DNA of 64,000 bases from Paraphysomonas bandaiensis (GCA_965644295.1 CBFFRP010000125.1:62001-126000); one strand, 5' to 3'; shown: positions 12,878 to 26,700, numbered from the stretch's first letter. The notes: a model not told the origin generated them from the letters alone. A program made the numbers and translations.

Positions 12878-14299
12878 CTACAATGACACTTGTATGCCGC
12901 GAGAACGTAATGTGTTTATGCTTCTTTCCGTTATACCCTCACAGCCTGTTGCCTGCACCGTCTGCAGCGATGGTAGGGCGGATAGTGCGCAAATTGAGGT
13001 GTCAGTCACCTGCGGGCACCACACAACGCAAAGAGATTTGAGTTGTGTGCACTTTCCGTATCTATCAGGTGTTAACTGGAGGATACCATCATCTGAAATA
13101 TCATGACACCAGGATATGTTTAGGTGTCTCAGAGCCGGACATTCTCTCCCAATAGCCTGAAGCGAACTATCCGTGATACCGCGACAAGACTTTAGATTCA
13201 TGTCACTAAGTTGAAGACAGTGCCGCACAAGTACCCGAATGCCGTCGTCAGTAATGGCATCGCACCACTGTAAACATATCTCTTTCAGAGTCGATCCAAA
13301 GCAAGCAAGGCGATACAGACTCTTATCAGTTATACTACTCATCCCCAAAGAAATGCGCTCCAACGCACTCCTTTCACGCCCAAGGAAGAGACTAGCGGGA
13401 GAATTGGAAAATGTATCCGGAAGGCCCCCACCAGTAGGATATTGAAGTGGATGGGCTGTAACAGATGGTAAGACAAGGAAAGATTCGTCACTGATAACAT
13501 CAGTGAAAGCTAAATTTAGTGATCGAAGCTGATTGTGGTTGAAGATGTCCTGAATAGCTGGAGCGGCTATGTGCTTACACTAAACGGACACATATACGAG
13601 TTAGGAACTACCAAACACTAAGGAAAACACTGTTATAATACCTGTGAAAGGTTGAGGTATCGCAGCCGTCGGCATTGCTTTATTAGAAGAGTCGCCAAGT
13701 TACCAGTGATCTGATTACAGCCCTATATCAAAGCAGTATTAATAAACACAATAACAACCGAATATGTAGTAAATCACCTGCAGACTGATATTCTCCAATG
13801 AGAAACATCCCTGCATTATATCAAACGGACTCATGGCCGCATCAAAGGCAGAGTCGGTCACCCGAACACAACGGTTTAGATGGACCTCCCTCAGTCGGGG
13901 GCACCCGTGTAGAATACTTCGAACCACCGCATTTGATACCTGGATGCAATCACTAAGATTCAAATGCACCTGAGAGAGAATATTAGGGAGAGTAAAATGT
14001 GAATCACGCCAACTAACCAAGTTCGGGCAGTTAAACCCAATCATCTTCAGTGTTGAATTTCTCACATTGGCAACTTTTGCAATATCAAGAACAAGACGAT
14101 CAGGAACAAGAAATGCGATAAGAGCTACATCCGTAACAGCCCGATGTGATAACAAATACTCCAAAATTGGATCTAAGAGATGCTGGCAGTTGGACAATAG
14201 TTTACACAGTTCGTTAATAGCCTGTGGATGGAAGTTAGTCTCCTCCAGAGTGACCATTAGTCTGCGTATGCATAATTCCTGTAGAGTTGGAACACTCAT
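12878..14299 (-). CDS. Cys-containing LRR (RNI-like/FBXL-type) protein with an N-terminal BC-box-like motif
   Basis: Introns 13970-14017, 13723-13777 and 13580-13641 join ORFs 13739-14299 and 12878-13363 in frame. Repeats follow the pattern LxxLNLSxCxxITD. The N-terminus is 'MSVPTLQELCIRRL'. Confidence 0.85.
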
Positions 14300-14985
14300 A
14301 TCTTATTGTTGATTGATTTGTCCACTATTTGTAATGGTGTTATGTATAAAGAGTCGTATAGAGTGTATGTTACTGTGTGGTATGTATAGAACACTAGAGG
14401 AGATATAGGGGGTAATTATACTGCCATTAGGAGTCAGTTAGCTCATTGAATAGTAGGGATGATAAGAGGGTGTATTCACATTGGTGTTATATCATACTTG
14501 GGCTATGGAAATATAGAGCAAGAAGAATGAATGGGTCTGCAAGTACGTATAGCAGTGCTAGCTATAATCTACTGGAAACACCATACCATATACAGTATAT
14601 ACATATATATATATACCAGTCAGTATACGGAACCACAATCCATTTTCTTCTACCATATGTGTCATATGTCATATGGTTACTACTGATGTATATAATTCAC
14701 GGAAGATGAACCGGTCAGCTGCCCGTAACATAGTAACCTGTAGATATCCTTCACAACACTTCTCATATTCGACTTCGATTATCCTAAACGAATCATTTCT
14801 ATATATTTCTATTTCCAAGAAAATCATTTGATAGAAGTGTTATAAAAGAAGAACTCAACATGATCCAGCCAGTCTTCTTCTAACTCACTCATACCATCTC
14901 CATATATAGACACAACTCCATACATCATCATACCACTTTATAACGATAGAAATCAATCGATTTCACAGTATAGTGATTAAAAGAA

Positions 14986-16026
14986 ATGAAAGGATATCAT
15001 TCTCTCATGCCCCCTAGAAACCATACATCTAATCGACCTATAGCGACCTCATATAACAATTCTTTTGGACTTATCTATTATTTAAAAGGTGGTCTAGCTG
15101 GTGGAATCTGTTGTGGTATCACTCATGGGGCAATGACGCCTGTAGATGTCGTTAAAACTAAGATACAACTCGATCCGACCACTTATAACAGAGGTCTTCT
15201 AGGGGGAATACGGCAAGTTATTACTAAAGAAGGATATAGAGGACTAGCTACTGGATTAAGCCCAACTGTTGTGGGGTATTTTGTTCAAGGTTGTTTAAAT
15301 TACTCCTTTACTTCAAGAAATATAACTATATTTACAGGATGGTTTAAGTTCGGCGGTGTGGAGTACTTTAAAATCCATATTGCCAATAGAGTCGGTGAGC
15401 AAGCTGCTTGGAATAATCGTACCATGATCTATTTAGCATCTGCCGCTATGGCTGAGTTTATTGCTGATTTATTTCTTTGTCCTCTGGAGGCCACTCGCAT
15501 TCGCTTGGTGTCGGATCCCTCCTTCGCAAACGGGCTAACAGATGGTGCTGCAAAGCTACTGAAGACAGAGGGATTTATGAAAGGTTTCTATTCAGGGTTT
15601 GGGCCTATACTCTTTAAACAGATTCCGTACACTATGGCCAAATTTTCTGTACAAGGGCGGTCCGAGGAGGCCATATGTGCTTGTATTGGAACGCGAGCAG
15701 CGGAGCTGAAAGGTCTTACTAAGTCCATGGTTGCCATAACTTCTGGTATGATATCCGGTGCGGCAGTGGCAGTTATATCGCACCCAGCTGACACGCTGTT
15801 GTCTAAAGTAAACAAGGCAGGGGCTGGGGGGGATGGTTCTATTGTAACTCGACTGATGCGTATTAGTTCGGAGATTGGATTCTTAAAGCTGTGCACAGTA
15901 GGTCTAGGACCACGATGTGCAATAATCGCTACTCTTACTGCTGGTCAGTTTTTAATATTTGATATGGTTATGGATATCACAGGTGCAAGAAAATTCCACT
16001 TTCACGACCCTAGTGATAAAGGATAA
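14986..16026 (+). CDS. SLC25A3: Mitochondrial phosphate carrier (PiC/Mir1 type)
   Basis: Motifs 'GGICCGITHGAMTPVDVVKTKIQ', 'AEFIADLFLCPLEATRIRLV', 'KQIPYTMAKF' and 'SHPADTLLSK'. Removing the in-frame 48-bp intron 15290-15337 restores 'GYFVQGWFKFGGVE'. Confidence 0.93.
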   Translation: MKGYHSLMPPRNHTSNRPIATSYNNSFGLIYYLKGGLAGGICCGITHGAMTPVDVVKTKIQLDPTTYNRGLLGGIRQVITKEGYRGLATGLSPTVVGYFVQGCLNYSFTSRNITIFTGWFKFGGVEYFKIHIANRVGEQAAWNNRTMIYLASAAMAEFIADLFLCPLEATRIRLVSDPSFANGLTDGAAKLLKTEGFMKGFYSGFGPILFKQIPYTMAKFSVQGRSEEAICACIGTRAAELKGLTKSMVAITSGMISGAAVAVISHPADTLLSKVNKAGAGGDGSIVTRLMRISSEIGFLKLCTVGLGPRCAIIATLTAGQFLIFDMVMDITGARKFHFHDPSDKG

Positions 16027-16493
16027 AAAGTTATGATTGGTGTTACTGCTCTTGTCGCACTCACAAAGTATATTCCATTGAATAGAAGACTGATGTTTTT
16101 AGTAGTATTAAATAATAAGGTTATAAGTATTAAGTATGCGTATCGTGCGCACGATATCCACACAGAGAATGTAATTACTACTGTTATAGAAACGTTTAAT
16201 CTTACGCGACTTGTGTGCAGATACTTGTAGCGCTAGTTGTAGCTATTCATTACCTACGGTTATGATGACCTGTACACAAGTGTACGGTTGTGTCAAATGT
16301 TGATTCGCCATGATTTTTCAAAGACACCGCAGGGGCTCGCCCCCTCCTCTAGTTATTTATATCTAGGTGTAAATATTACTATGTATTAATCCTTAACTAG
16401 CTAATTACTATAGAAAAGTATCGAACTTATCAACCAACTCCTATAATGATTCGTCTACATCATAAACTTCGCGTAAAAATAGACACGCCGAAT

Positions 16494-17740
16494 CTACTTC
16501 TCGTTCGTCGAGCTTCGACTCTCCGGCCCCCTAAAAGGGGTTTTAAGTCTACATACAACATCCTCCAGGGCACTCAGACTTTCTCTTTGCTCTTTCACTT
16601 CATTCGATACCGCTGCTCGAAGCGAGGCAATCGACTCCAATAAATCGTTCATAGCTTCATCTTCCTTTGCAACACGAGGGAGACACATAGCTCTGCCAAT
16701 CGGAAAGTACGCTGTTGACTGATTCAATATTTGTTTTTGCATCCACCTCTCAATACCAGTGAGGTCGGTAGACTTCTTACTCTGTAAATACATCGAATAG
16801 AACAGATAATTCCATGTGAAATGATGCTCCTCAGTATGGTCTCTAAACTTCACCCTGTTTCTTTCAAATATCTCTCGTCCTTGTGAACATATAAAGCATC
16901 GATTCGATATATCATCCTCAATTGCATTTCTCTCACTTCTCAAATCGGCAAATGTATCAATAATAATACCAGTTATAATAGCTACCATAATGACAACAAT
17001 GAATATTTGATAGGTTATATCAAACACATACTTTTGTGCAGTATAATCTCCATAACTATTGAATAACGGCGATCCATTTAGCCCAAAATCTAAGTGCTGC
17101 CAAAACTTTGACGACAGAGTCAATGGAAATTCGTAATCAGTATCAGGGAAATTAGGAAACGTATATGTGTCGAAGCCAAACCCATATATACCAAGGACAG
17201 TATAAATCCAGCTTATTATGATACCCAACAACAAAGTTGTCAACACCTGATTCCCATTCACGACCACGGATTTCAAAACATACCCGAGCAGTTTTATGCG
17301 AACTGCAACATCCAGTACGTGGAAGCTGAAAAACGCCACAGAATATATATTTCCAAGAACAGAAGTTAAAAGGAAAGTGGCATAGTAAATAGTTTGAAAA
17401 TCCATAATCAAAAATATAATCGCCCAAACTTCATTCGGCAAAATTATGTCGCACAACTCATAAATAGATTCGACAGTTCTCGTAACATTCAAAACAATAG
17501 CCCCTGATCTTATATTCCGTTTCCAGCTCAACCCACGATTAACTGTAACCATGGCAGAACCCAGAGAAAAGTTGATTATTAGTAAGCATGACATCGCCAA
17601 GTGAAGCTTCATGAAAGGTTGTAAGTGACTGATATTAGAAACGCTAAGAAACTGGTTATCTCGACCATTTGATTGTTTTGATTCAAGGAGAATGGTTCCA
17701 TTGATATAAAACGTAAGACACATTGTTATCAAAACCCACC
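16494..17740 (-). other. IP3R/RyR-type 6-TM ion-transport domain, C2H2 zinc motif and C-terminal coiled coil of the giant channel
   Basis: TM1 'WWVLITMCLTFYINGTILL', TM4 'FFSFHVLDVAVR', TM5 'VLTTLLLGIIISWIYTVLGIYGF', TM6 'VFDITYQIFIVVIMVAIITGIIIDTF', then CFIC...HxxxxH. Confidence 0.92.
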
Positions 17741-20700
17741 AATGTTCTCTAGTCGTGATGAATTTGCAGATATGTTTGGTCCATAAATCTTCCAATATCC
17801 AGTCTTGAAAAATAATAACATCCCTAACTTGAATAGACTTATCGAGGAAATCGTCTAATCTCTCTTCAGGACTATCACGCGATACAGTCTCAATTGTCCA
17901 ATCCATTTCCTTCTTGACTAAAGGGTTATGTATTTGACGGTGACACGAAGCAGGAACAGGAAAATAAACGCGAGTGAGGTTGCCATTCTGTAATAAAATC
18001 TCAATAGAGGCGAAATACCGACGATATGAAGCTCCTTCCTTGTCACTTACAAGCGAAGTTGGCGATCGTTCAGTCCATGCCAAACTTTTCTCGACCCAAG
18101 CATTGTCGTGTTGCCTTAATTTATTTGCATCACTCAGGGATAACTCTGAGTTGGCTGCTACTTCTGCTAACGATACTGAACACACACTCTCCAAAAATTG
18201 GTAATATGCGAAAGCTGCTTGCAAGTTGTGCTGAGGAGTAAGTTCATCTTGAATTGCCCAGGCAAGTAGAAATAATTTTTTCGTATCCTCATCAATAGGT
18301 AGTTGCTCTGGAATAAACGAACTGTGGGCTGTAAATATAGACTCCAGCTTCGCGAGAAAAGGATTCGACACAGTCTTTTTACGTGGTATCGGTTTATCTG
18401 ATTTTTCGTGATGGTGTTCGGGGCCTGCACTGGGATCAAAATAATTCCCCGTGCTAGTGTGAATAATTGAATGAGGTACAGTTGAAAAATGACTAAACTT
18501 TCGGACCAAATCAGGATGGGTGGGCTCATACTTATTCGCCAGAAATTTCCTGATATGTCGATGGGGCTTCAGCACACTCCCTGCCCAGCAAAACTTAAAT
18601 CGAAACACCAGTAAATCCACAGGAATCTGCTGCAAAATTGTATCCGTTTCCAGTGGCAAATCTGTGTTGAAGATCGAAAACAGAACTCCCAACGAATTCG
18701 CTTCAATCTCACATAAGCGCTGATACATCTGCCATCGCGGATTCAAACCTATATCTTTTACTTTCACTGACAATTTGCCGAACCAGCGTGCATACTCCTC
18801 CAATTTTGGGAGTTTCGAGTCTCTGATCAGATCACTGAGAAGCTCAACAGACATGGGTGTTATAATTCTAAGCCAGTTGCATATAACTTGAACAATATTA
18901 TCATGCACAAGCTCACGTTGATTTCCAACATTTGGTCCCTGCTCATTATGTCATCGTAATTGTGTTTATTCGCATAAAATACCTGAGTCATATCTGTGAG
19001 TGTATTCAGTGCTTGTGCTGCAACATCAAGTATATAAAGTACTGATTCATCTATAAAGCTATCACAGCTAGGTATGTCCTCGAGCAATACACGAAGAAGC
19101 TTCACGGTATCCAACACAGCATTGAATTCTTCTTCGCTCCCGTCAGCGGCTACTTCCCGGAAATAATCTTGGGCCCTGCTGTATTGGCCATCTACATATA
19201 ATAATACGTAAAACAGAGGATACAAATACCCATATACAAAAACATACCACATGCCCTTTGAAGAAACAACAGGGTTTGGCCCGCAATGTATAATTCATTA
19301 AGTTGCTCCGTGCCACGATACGCAGAAATGTCACGACATAGAGCATGAACACGAATACCAATAGCTCGAGCCACATTTACGGGAGTTTTTCCCTCTTCGG
19401 CACCTTCAGCCTTCATAACATCAAGAAACATCTTCTGGACATTATACTCATCTCCACTCTCTTGTTGAGTAATTACACTTAGAAGAAGGAAATTGGCAAG
19501 GTGAAGCGTCTCTCTCTGTAGAGCAAGAGCGCAAGTAGTGTTTGCAAGCAAATGGCAACACAGCTTCACAGCCCCCAATTCTGCCAGTGATGCTTGCACA
19601 ATCAATAGAGTTGTGGATGCAACCTGACCCTTATACTCTTCTTCATCATCATCAAAAATCTCCTGTGCTGTCATTTCATTACTCATACTAAGAGTATCAG
19701 AATAATCCTTTGGAACTGAGAGTGCCAATGACCTCAACAGCTTCACGACTTGAATGACAAACCCAGGAATCTCACTGATGGCTTCTGGGCTCATTGCAGC
19801 TTCGATCAGCGCTTCTAAAGGTATGCGACCGTCAACTCCCTTCATAAGTATATCTTTCTGCAACGGATTGGCGGTGGGGTAAACTCTCCCTGACTTCCTC
19901 CTATTTATACTTTTCTTTCTGCGGCCAAGAGTGGACACTGCACTTGCACTGCTACTATTCCGTGCGGCCCACTTGTGTACCATGTTGTGCCAGCATTGTA
20001 CAATTGTTTTGTCATGGAATAACTCTGCTGTGCTAAGGTCTTGGAGCTGCTGCATAAGATCAGATGGAAGATGGCTGGGGGGTTTTCGCAGCCATGGTAC
20101 ACGCCGACAGGGTGTCTCCTGATCTTCTAGCTGAAGCGACCTGGCTTCAACCTTTGGAGAAATATCACCCTGTTTTTTGTCAGTTATACTATTTTCCACG
20201 TCCACTTCTTCAATTGGGTCATAGTATCCAACACCAAGATGCTTTAACCGTTCCAAACACATTTTTTTCAAACATATTCTTGTAGCGGCAATAGTTTGAC
20301 GATCCGTTATGGTGGAATCGTCATTGGAATCAGCGTATTGATCCGAGAAAAAGTCCATGTGTGAAATGAGACTTCTTGGTTCGCTGTTTACTAAAGTTAC
20401 ACGATAGTTCTGAGGTAAAGCCACCCCAAGAACAAAATAGCCATCCCGTGGCAATGCTAAATCCTTGTAAAACTCCCCATCGTTTAGGCAAAATACAACG
20501 AATCCACTGTCAAAATTACACGCACATGAAATTTTATCTCCAATTCGTAGCGCTCGGCAGCTATCCACCACTTCACCATTCGCAACTAAGTTAACCGGCT
20601 TAACATCGACGGTGCTAGAACAATAGAAACCCCACGTATGATTATATGATCGTTTATATGCATGTTGGTTAACATAGTCTAAATTAGCAACGATGAAACT

Positions 20701-23700
20701 GATATCAATACTTTCTCCAAAGGTTGCAGGGTGATCAGGACTATCCTCAATTAAAACTGTGGCCAAGCAAGTACTGCTGAGCAAAGAAAAAGCCACAGGA
20801 AACGTCTCTTTGTCAATAGGGTAGTATGCAGTCTTCAAGTCAGATGTGAATTCGATACGAGCATCAGATATAGATGGTTCCCATTCGGTAACTATTGATA
20901 TATTTTTATTGATTTCACAACTATTGCAGCGTGTCTTCCGCCTCTTTTCCAGCTCTACATACTTTGCAATTCTATCCTTAACCTCTTTCGACTCAATCAA
21001 TGCCTGCATAGGATGATTGTCCCTGTCATTATTTCCACCCCCAAGCACATGCACAAACCGGGATATGCCCCCTTTGGTATCTTCACCAAGAAATCCAATA
21101 TCCGCAAAGCGGTCTTCTTTGATATAACGCTCCAAGAAACGCTGGATATCATAACCATACGCCTGGCCCTCTATACAGAACATATCTTCTAGGACACCAC
21201 ACTGGTGAGTTACGGCATCCCACGAACATGTATCTGAATTCCATAACTGTGCCATCCCAGATGCTTCCTGGCTAAATTGATTCAGGACGCCCATACCATT
21301 GAATGCACTGGTAGTGAATGAAACTTGTCCCACATTTACTGCCACAGATTGACCCGGGGTGAATGAAAAAGCAGGACACAAGCCCCCACGACCTACCCAT
21401 GATATATCCAGAGTCTTAGTAAAAGCAGGACCCCTACTTTGGCCATCCATGAAATACTCAATCTTTCCTGTCCCCACATCCAATACGATTCCAACCACGG
21501 ACCCTTCCTTGAACTCCATTTTTTCAAAGGGTCTATTAGACATCATACCCTTACATAACTTGAAAGTGTTTATGGTTGAATCTACAACACCACTTAGAGC
21601 ATAAGAACCTAGCACGCTACCTATTCCCAAGCACACAGGAGATTCATTGCTCATATTAACTGCTTCGCTATGTTCAATATGTAATTCGTCGTCAGCAACA
21701 ATGCAACCAACTTGACTGTGAGATGCTGTGGTCGACTGTGATCCAAAAACGAACTCACAATATGCTTTCCCAAACAAAATTGGCATATCAATTCGAATTG
21801 ACTGAACCAAACTGGTGCGATTCTCGAAAAAGAAAAAAGTATCTTTCCCTATTGCCTCAGCTCGAATCTTTTTCTGGAGTTCTTCCTCGGGAGACGAAGC
21901 TGTAGCACAATCATAATCTTCCAGTTCAGCCAAACTCTGATCAAATACTATGGCCCTCCATCCCCACCCATTCTCTTTTGAAGCACACGAAAAACGAAAG
22001 AAAAAATGATCAGAAGACACACGAAGAGGTGGCATATCTCCGACACCTGGAAAATTCTTTCTTGATCCCAAGTTGTTACCAGAAAATCTCGACAAATTAT
22101 GATCTGGTCCTCCCTTCCACACAGCATCCGAAGATTGATTCACTCGAAACTCAATATAATTGTTGGTACCAGTTATAGCCGTCGACTTGTCAAAAATTAC
22201 CAACAAGCCATAAGCCCCAGGAATGGAGACCTCTTGACAATAGTTTGATGACTCTGTCAGTGGGTGGGTGCTTTCCAAAATAGTGTATTTCGACCGATCT
22301 CGAGAAAATACTTGAAATGGATCTTTCGGTGCAGCCGCAGATATAGCTGCAATTTTGTAGCCCCATACAAAGGGATGGTGTGTGCAATATTTTACATAAA
22401 CTGTCGACTTGGGAATTTTCAATGGCGAATCATGAGTAGGATAGACCATTGCGTTGCGCGATGTGAAAACGCACGAAGAAGAATCACATGAAGCATGTGT
22501 AAAAATACTAACAACACCAAATTTTCCTAATGGAGCATTGATACTGTTCATGACAGGATCAAATGCTACATGTAATCCACTTCCGTCAATATGTAAGGCA
22601 TTTACCTCTTCTATTTCGTCCGAAAAAAGCAGTCTTGTTGCTGGAATCCACATACTCTCATCACCTGTACTCTCAAGAACAGCACGTGCAGGGGCCTTCG
22701 AACCAATCATTGAACTTAAATCATTCGGCTCAATAGAAATATCTTGCCCTGGCGACAATGTTGCACCAGCGACGAAATCAGAACCGGAATTTTCAGGAAG
22801 CGTGAACCGACGTCGATAAACTTCTTTTAAGAATGTATAAATCACAACTATATCTACCCACCCTTCCGATATGTCACACTGCAACACCAATTTGTCTTGT
22901 CCACGGAGAGATGGAAGTCGTTGTCCAACAAGTTTGCCGCACTGGAAAGTTGCCAACGACAGGGAAGAAGTTCCGTGCGCATCCACTACAACTCCCCATG
23001 AGTTAGAAACCTTCCCAAACAGTTTCGACTTTGACTTTTGAAAAGTTGAGGACGCCATTCCAAAAGAAAACCCAGCAGTAGTGGGTAATGTAGACAGAGT
23101 GATCGCGAGTTGCCATTTCACTGTATCAACATTGCACAAACATGCAGGATTGCTCGTTCCTAATGACGATAGTCGTCGTGCAACTGTGTCCATTTCATAA
23201 AACTCCAGGCCTCGACTAGATATTTCTGGATTCCAAGTTCGCACATCAAGTGGGAAATAAGGATTAACATCGGCACTGGGCAGTAGTTTACAAAAAATGT
23301 TACCATCAATAGACTTCACTCCTACAGTGTTAACAATATACCCAATGGGCACAATATAATTCGAAGCTTCCGCAGTGCCGTTGTCGCTGACAGTATAAAC
23401 TATTTCAGTCTGAACAAGTCTAAAAGTATAATCGATATCAGCTTCATTAAGCAAATCTTCTTCGCCAAAATGACGAGATTGCACTACATTTTCCGACTTG
23501 AAACACATTTTATCAAACCCGACCAAAGGACTTCTCGCTGGACGTACAGCGAAGCGAAAGCAGAAGTCTCGTCCAGGCTCAAAATGATAATAATAGTAAA
23601 AAGACTTGGCAGGAATAAATAGGGGTTCATTTTTTCCTGTACCAGGCCAGTTACCGTCATCCCCTCGACCGGTGTACATTGCTTGTCCCCAAATATCACT

Positions 23701-26700
23701 GCGGCTATTATCCCTATAAAAAGTAATGTAAGATCCTCGACTTAACCTTGTCCCTTCCTCAAATACAACTTCTAACCCATCACACTCGATGCCCTCATCA
23801 TAAGCAACTTCTTCAAAAATATCACCACAAGAATTTTCAGCAACATGAAGGCTTTCATATACTCTCACATTCTCTCGATCTGAAAGAGACAATGAATCTT
23901 TGTATAAGGTGCTTGGGAACTTTCCTTTATTTGCAGAAAATTCTTCCTTCGACAACCCTTTCGCCATCATTTTCCAGCCCCACTTTGAAAAATGACCAAT
24001 GCTATGAAAATGAGCAATGAATTGATTCGATGGAACAAGCAATTCGTCACGAAACGAAGGAAAGCTCGACCCAATAAATTCCTTGGGGGTAAAAGTTGAA
24101 ATATCTTTTCTTCCACACTCGTCGCAGCGAAATATATTGTGATGAAACAGAGGGATCAGTAAATCTTTGTACTGAGAAGGCTCTGCAATTTCTCCAATAT
24201 AATTTCCATTTCCGTGGGGTTTGAAATCAATCCATTCTATTGATACCACGCGAAGTAGAGTTCCCACAGGAATAATATTGTCATTGCTCTCATTGCAACG
24301 AAAAAGCAGAAATTCCAAGTGTTCAATTTGTTTATCATTCATACTGCCTTTTCTTTTTCCGAGAATGTTTTTAGTTATGGCTTTCAGGCCCGCAGATCCT
24401 GAAACACAAAAATAATAGTCCTGTGAAGTCGATAGAGCAGGCAATAGGCGCACATAATCTACATCGTTGTTTACACTGTAGTCAGATAATTCCGTGTTCG
24501 ATGAAAACCACACCTTTACATGGTTATAATCTTCAATTTCCACCCGGAAAAAGAGATCTTGAGCGATGGGATCATACTTATGAGCGCTTTCGACAACATG
24601 TACACCATCGACAACACCATCCCCAGAGCAAAAAAATTTACGGACATCTTCAGCCAGTAAAGAGAAAAAGTCTTTCTGTATATCAGGTCGCAGTTGAACA
24701 TAATCAATGAACGTGGTAGCAAATTTGAGCCATGGCCGAAGTGTTTTCGCGCGTCCTTTATAGCCAAATGAATTTTCAGAAATTTTCAAAAAGAGTTCAA
24801 ACAGCCACTCAAACTCTTTAACATCGTTGCTGAAGTTGAATACGTATTTAGCATTGTCATCAAGGCACTTTGAAATCACATCAACGATTGCGACCGTAAA
24901 AGGAGACATTGCCTCTTTAAGTAATTCACTTGAGCATTGATCAGAGAGATTTAGTAGCAGTGGCATCACACTTTTGACATGAGTACAGAGGGCTTGTAGG
25001 GTAATGCTTTGTGTGAAGAGTAAATTTCGCCTCTGTAATTCGTTCAAATAATATTTAGTGGGGTACAATGGTAGCATATTGCTAATAATTTGTAATGAAG
25101 ATATAGCATCCCTAAAATTTTCATTAGCAACACACTTCTGAACGTCTTCTATGAGCTTATGCAAGAGTTTCGGGGCAACTGAATCATACATATTTTCCGA
25201 TGAAGCCGCATTAAGTAAATCACGAACGCCATATCGTTTTCCTAAGTGTCCTGCTAAAGTATATGTACAGTTGGAAGACGCAAGTTGCCTTCTATTTTCA
25301 TTGTTGTCCTTGCACCACGATGACAGCAACATACAACACGCTTCAAAAATACTGGCGAAAGAATCCACATGAGCAATCTCACTATGCTCCCACGCTTCTT
25401 CTTGCTGCAGAACATGTAGCACACTTTCAAGTAAACCCCAATTCGAAGACACTTGTTGTCGACGCCGTTGAGTGCGCAATATTGTCCATGGTAATGCCAA
25501 CTCAAACACATGATTGGAACCGAAGACAAATGACTGCTCAATGGCTGATCCTCTTGCGCATGCAGTAATTTGATACCCAGACCCATTATCACTTTTTTTT
25601 GCCCTGACGACACGATATAAGGCTCCACTGTTCTCTGACTCAGACCTCCAGTCAGGACCAACAGATAAAAACATATTCACTTCCGGTACAACACCTTCAG
25701 TGCGCCCATCAATTGCAAACCGAATCCTATGGATAGTTCGTTCTAGTTTTTGCTTCAATTGGGAGTTCGACATCAAATTTTCATCCAACACAACACTTCG
25801 AACTTCTTTCAAATCTCTCTGCAACAATCTGTAAAATGACTCATCGAAGTCGTCCTCAACAACACTTTGTACGTCAATTGAGGCATTTAATCTCTCCAGT
25901 GAGGTGTGCATCCGCACAAAGCACTTCATTGACGACTCAATCAAAGCAGGCACACCAGATACAGCCATTTGAATAGCAAGCCGACTAGGTGCGTAACCGT
26001 GATCCAGTATATGACTACCATTAAGCACGGACTGAAGTCTTGGAAATTGGACAGCGTATATGTCGTCGGACGATATTTCAACAGCGCAAACGTCAACTGC
26101 AACATCGCTATCGGATACTTCACGACTCACACTTTCGCGATAGTCGCTAAACATAGAGTCATCCCAAATTATCTCCACCTTATTACCATTTACAGCTTTT
26201 ACAAAGCCCTCACGGGCTCTCCTATCCGCTGACGGGTTCGTAAAGTGTAAAGTGCACTTCCTAGTGCACACACGAGTGCCTTCAGTAACAGCATATTCAG
26301 AAAGTGGAACATTGAATGAAATGCACCGAAAAACTTTATCAGGCATAGTCAAAGTCGAATTTTCGCGAAAGCTATATGATATCGCATCTCGGTGTATTGG
26401 TTCTTTAATTTTGCTGCCATCGTTGGAAACAACTTTCCGCACAGCAATCTTCATGCGCTCATATTCGCGCAATTGAATTTTGAGGTCTAAATCTATACAG
26501 AGCTCAAGTATCTCAACTACTTTTGTTCTCAACCGCACAATGCGTGATCTGCTGTGTGATATTCGTTCACTTTTCAATGCTGATCGCAAGCTAAACTTAC
26601 TAGAATACCGGCGTTCAAAAGATTTGGATGAATTTGCAGATCCCACAGACACGTTCGAGATAGATTTTAGCAGTGAATCGCGTAAATACTTGAAATTCGA

